A DNA stretch of 64,000 nucleotides, taken from positions 1,632,001 through 1,696,000 of the forward strand of contig CAVYGB010000010.1 in the NCBI GenBank assembly GCA_963767925.1, read 5' to 3'. This DNA comes from an uncultured delta proteobacterium. Its GTDB lineage: Bacteria; Myxococcota_A; Polyangia; Fen-1088. The notes under the pieces are model-generated. The model was given only the letters and a program-made list of their open reading frames with translations. It was not told the origin of the DNA and did not search any database. Both the position numbers and the translations under genes were made by a program. Shown in pieces: positions 61,210 to 64,000 of this stretch (positions are counted from its first letter, which is position 1; each line of letters starts with the position of its first letter).

Positions 61210-63900
61210 ATGAAAAGCCACGCGCCCGCCCTCCTCCTGCTCGCCGCGGCGGGCTCCCTCGTCCCCCTGCGCCCGGCCCGGGCCCAGGATCTCTGGAGCA
61301 TCCCCCCGGCCACCCGGGGGCTCACCATCCCGGGCGGCGAGATCGCCGGCGACGCGGACGCCACCTCGGTCGAGACCAACCCGGGCCAGCTCGGGCTGCT
61401 CGAGGCCACCTCGACCGCCTTGGTGGTCAACCTGTGGCCCGACCAGACCACCCGCGAGGGGCGCGGCGGCGGGCTGTTTTACGCCACCCCTCTCCTGCTG
61501 CGTGGCCTGTCCCTCGGCGTGGGGCTGGAATGGCTGCGGCCCAGCATGGCCACCCTGCCCTCCGACTACGGCAAGCTCGCGGTGGCGGGCGGCTTCCGCC
61601 TCGGACGGAGCCTGGGCTTCGGGGTGCTGTGGGAGCGGCTGATCCGCTCGCGCTACGGGGGCACCAGCAGCCTGGGGCTGGGCCTGGGCTGGCGGCCGCA
61701 CCCGCTGGTGGCGGTCGGGATCGCCGGGCGCGACCTGCTGCGGCCGCGCCCCGAGCCAGGGGGCCCCCGCCTGCCGCGCGAGCTGGACACCGAGGTGGCG
61801 GTGCGGCCGCTGGGCACGCCCCGCCTGGAGGTCGCCGCCGGCCTGCGCCTGCTCGACGGGACCGGCCCGGCGGACAGCACCGACACCGTCCGCTTCTCGC
61901 CGCACGCCCGGCTGTCGCTGGGGCTGCTGCGCGGCCTCAGCCTGTTCGCCGAGCTCGACTCACCCCGGGCCCAGCTCGCGGTGCTGGGGAGCGACGGCGT
62001 CCGGCGGCCGCTCACCGAATACCGGGGCCTGCTCGGGCTGACCGCAAGCTTCGACCGGCTGGTGGTGGGCGGCGGGGCGCTGGCCAGCGCCCACCGGGGC
62101 GCCGGGGGGACCAGCTCGCCGCGCGCGCCGGGGGCCAGCCTCGTCGTGCAGTCGTTCTTCAACCGCAAGCCGTCGGTCGTCTCCGTCTCCCACGTCGCCC
62201 GGGTCAAGCTCGGCGGGCTCGAGGGTGACCGGTCGTTCATCGAGACGGTGGTGGCGCTGCGCCGGCTGGCCGACGACCCCTCGGTGGGGGGCCTGCTGCT
62301 CCAGCTCGATCGGCTCGACCTGGGCTACGGGCGCATCGAGGAGCTGCGGGCGGTGCTCGTCGACATCAACCGGGTCAAGCCGGTGTTCGTGTGGCTCTCG
62401 TCGCCGACGACCGGAGAATATTACCTGGCCTCGGCGGCGACGACGATCGCCATCCACCCGGCGGGGGACCTGTTCCTGGGCGGGCTGGCCTCGACGGTCA
62501 CCTTCTTCAAGAACGCGCTCGACCAGCTCGGGGTGGGCGTCGACCTGGTGCGCATCGCCGAATACAAGGGGGCGATGGAGCCGTTCGTGTTCGCCAACCA
62601 GTCGCAGCCGGTGCGCGACAACCGGAACGAGCTGCTCGACGACCTCTACGGCCGGCTCAAGGAGGGCATCAGCCGCAGCCGGGCCAGCAAGGGGATCGAC
62701 GCCCAGCGGATCGGGACGCTGTTCGATCGGGGGCTCTTCTCGGCGGCGGAGGCCAAGGACCTGGGCCTGGTCGACGAGGTGGGCGACGAGCGGCAGATGG
62801 AGAAGATCGTCCAGGCGCGCTTCGGCCGCCGCATCGCCGTGCGCGACGCCGACTTCGGGCGGCGGGAGACCGGCCGCTGGCGGCCCCGCCGGGTGGCGGT
62901 GATCCTGGTCGACGGCGCCATCACCGATGGACGGCCGCGGGGGATCCCCTCGCCGGTGCAGGGGGCGGTGGCCTGGGCCGATCCCATCCTCGATGCGCTG
63001 GCGGCGGCGCGGGGAGACGCCTCGGTGGGGGCGGTGGTCCTGCGGGTCAACAGCCCGGGGGGCTCGGCGTTTGCTTCGGACCGCATCGCCCGGGAGGTCG
63101 CGCGGCTGCGCGAGGCGCGCAAGCCGGTGGTCGTGTCGATGGGGGACACGGCGGCTTCGGGCGGGTACTACGTGGCGGCGCCGGCCGACACCATCTTCGC
63201 GTCGCCATCGGTGGTGACGGGCTCGATCGGCATCTACGCGTTCAAGCTCGACCTGGCCAGCCTGGTGGGCAAGCTCGGGATCACGACCGAGACCACCACC
63301 CGCGGCGGCCGGGCCGACCTCTACTCCCTGTACCGCCCCTGGCGGGAGGACGAGCGCGCGGCGGTCAACGCCCGCATCCGGAACCACTACGATCAATTCC
63401 TGAAGACTGTCGCCGGGGGCCGCAAGGAGCGGGGCGTGGACGAGAAGCGCGCCGACGACCTCGGGCGAGGCCGGGTCTTCACCGGCGCCCAGGCGCGGCG
63501 GCTGGGCCTGGTCGACGAGCTGGGCGGCATCGCCACCGCGATAGAAGAGGCCGCCCGCCGAGGCCGCGTCCCGATGGGCCCGGGCAACCTGCCCGAGATG
63601 GTCCTCTTACCATCCACCCCGACGGACCCCCTGGAGACCCTGCTGGCCCTGCGCCGGCTGGTCCAGGTGGCCGGCGAAGCCGGCGATGTGGGCGACGGCG
63701 CCGGTCTGGCGGGCGCAGAAGGGGTGACCGCGTCGGGAGGGATCACCAGCGCGGCCGAAGCGGGCGCGGCCGCCGCAGCAGCCGGCGCCACGTTCGTAGC
63801 GCGCTACGGACGGGCGGCAGCTCGGCTCCTCTTGCCAGTGCTGCTGGGCGAACCGGGCGACATCCAGGCCCGCCTCCCCTACGACCTCGAGATCCGCTGA
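61210..63900 (+). CDS. sppA: Signal peptide peptidase SppA (S49) with long N-terminal beta-strand-rich domain
   Basis: AEYKGAMEPF, RVNSPGGS, SMGDTAASGGYY, TGSIGI and GRVFTG. Confidence 0.9.
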   Translation: MKSHAPALLLLAAAGSLVPLRPARAQDLWSIPPATRGLTIPGGEIAGDADATSVETNPGQLGLLEATSTALVVNLWPDQTTREGRGGGLFYATPLLLRGLSLGVGLEWLRPSMATLPSDYGKLAVAGGFRLGRSLGFGVLWERLIRSRYGGTSSLGLGLGWRPHPLVAVGIAGRDLLRPRPEPGGPRLPRELDTEVAVRPLGTPRLEVAAGLRLLDGTGPADSTDTVRFSPHARLSLGLLRGLSLFAELDSPRAQLAVLGSDGVRRPLTEYRGLLGLTASFDRLVVGGGALASAHRGAGGTSSPRAPGASLVVQSFFNRKPSVVSVSHVARVKLGGLEGDRSFIETVVALRRLADDPSVGGLLLQLDRLDLGYGRIEELRAVLVDINRVKPVFVWLSSPTTGEYYLASAATTIAIHPAGDLFLGGLASTVTFFKNALDQLGVGVDLVRIAEYKGAMEPFVFANQSQPVRDNRNELLDDLYGRLKEGISRSRASKGIDAQRIGTLFDRGLFSAAEAKDLGLVDEVGDERQMEKIVQARFGRRIAVRDADFGRRETGRWRPRRVAVILVDGAITDGRPRGIPSPVQGAVAWADPILDALAAARGDASVGAVVLRVNSPGGSAFASDRIAREVARLREARKPVVVSMGDTAASGGYYVAAPADTIFASPSVVTGSIGIYAFKLDLASLVGKLGITTETTTRGGRADLYSLYRPWREDERAAVNARIRNHYDQFLKTVAGGRKERGVDEKRADDLGRGRVFTGAQARRLGLVDELGGIATAIEEAARRGRVPMGPGNLPEMVLLPSTPTDPLETLLALRRLVQVAGEAGDVGDGAGLAGAEGVTASGGITSAAEAGAAAAAAGATFVARYGRAAARLLLPVLLGEPGDIQARLPYDLEIR

Positions 63901-63953
63901 CCGACGGACCCTCGGCTCGCGAGTGACTCGCGCCCTGTAGTGGTCGCCGCGGC

Positions 63954-64000
63954 AGGCCCGCTGCGCTTCGGAGGGAAAGGTCCCTCCCCTCGGCTCGCCG
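63954..64000 (+). repeat. ~135-bp dispersed element, copy 3 (cut by window edge)
   Basis: AGGCCCGCTGCGCTTCGGAGGGAAAGGTCCCTCCCCTCGGCTCGCCG matches the start of copies 1 and 2. Confidence 0.8.

Overview
Very GC-rich bacterial DNA, inferred to be Myxococcota/Polyangia-like (Cys-rich lipoproteins, AgmX-like protein, ECF with a long extension). About 50 genes: housekeeping (dnaJ, tex, pgk, murB, topA, dprA, cpoB, sppA), a SusC/SusD pair, secreted peptidases (M66-like, M3 Dcp, M2 ACE-like), a DsbD-like protein, a GntP permease, two divergent histidine kinases, a Mo-oxidoreductase and a GT11-GT4 fusion. Two unusual architectures stand out: an exported lipoprotein with glucan-water-dikinase-like domain order, and a membrane-anchored ECF sigma factor fused to a cupredoxin-like domain and a CxxCH motif. 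Non-coding structure is rich: a 7x76-bp spacerless hairpin array behind tex, a 52-bp array with dispersed covarying copies, a ~135-bp dispersed element (3 copies), and a ~95-bp inverted pair around a mobile-element graveyard (group II intron 3' end, IS256 fragment, deleted IS5). There is also an SD-sequestering leader before an RRM gene, and many genes look leaderless. Frameshift clusters in dcp and topA are probably consensus errors. No rRNA, tRNA or CRISPR array was recognised. All family calls come from motif recognition by eye; no database searches were run.
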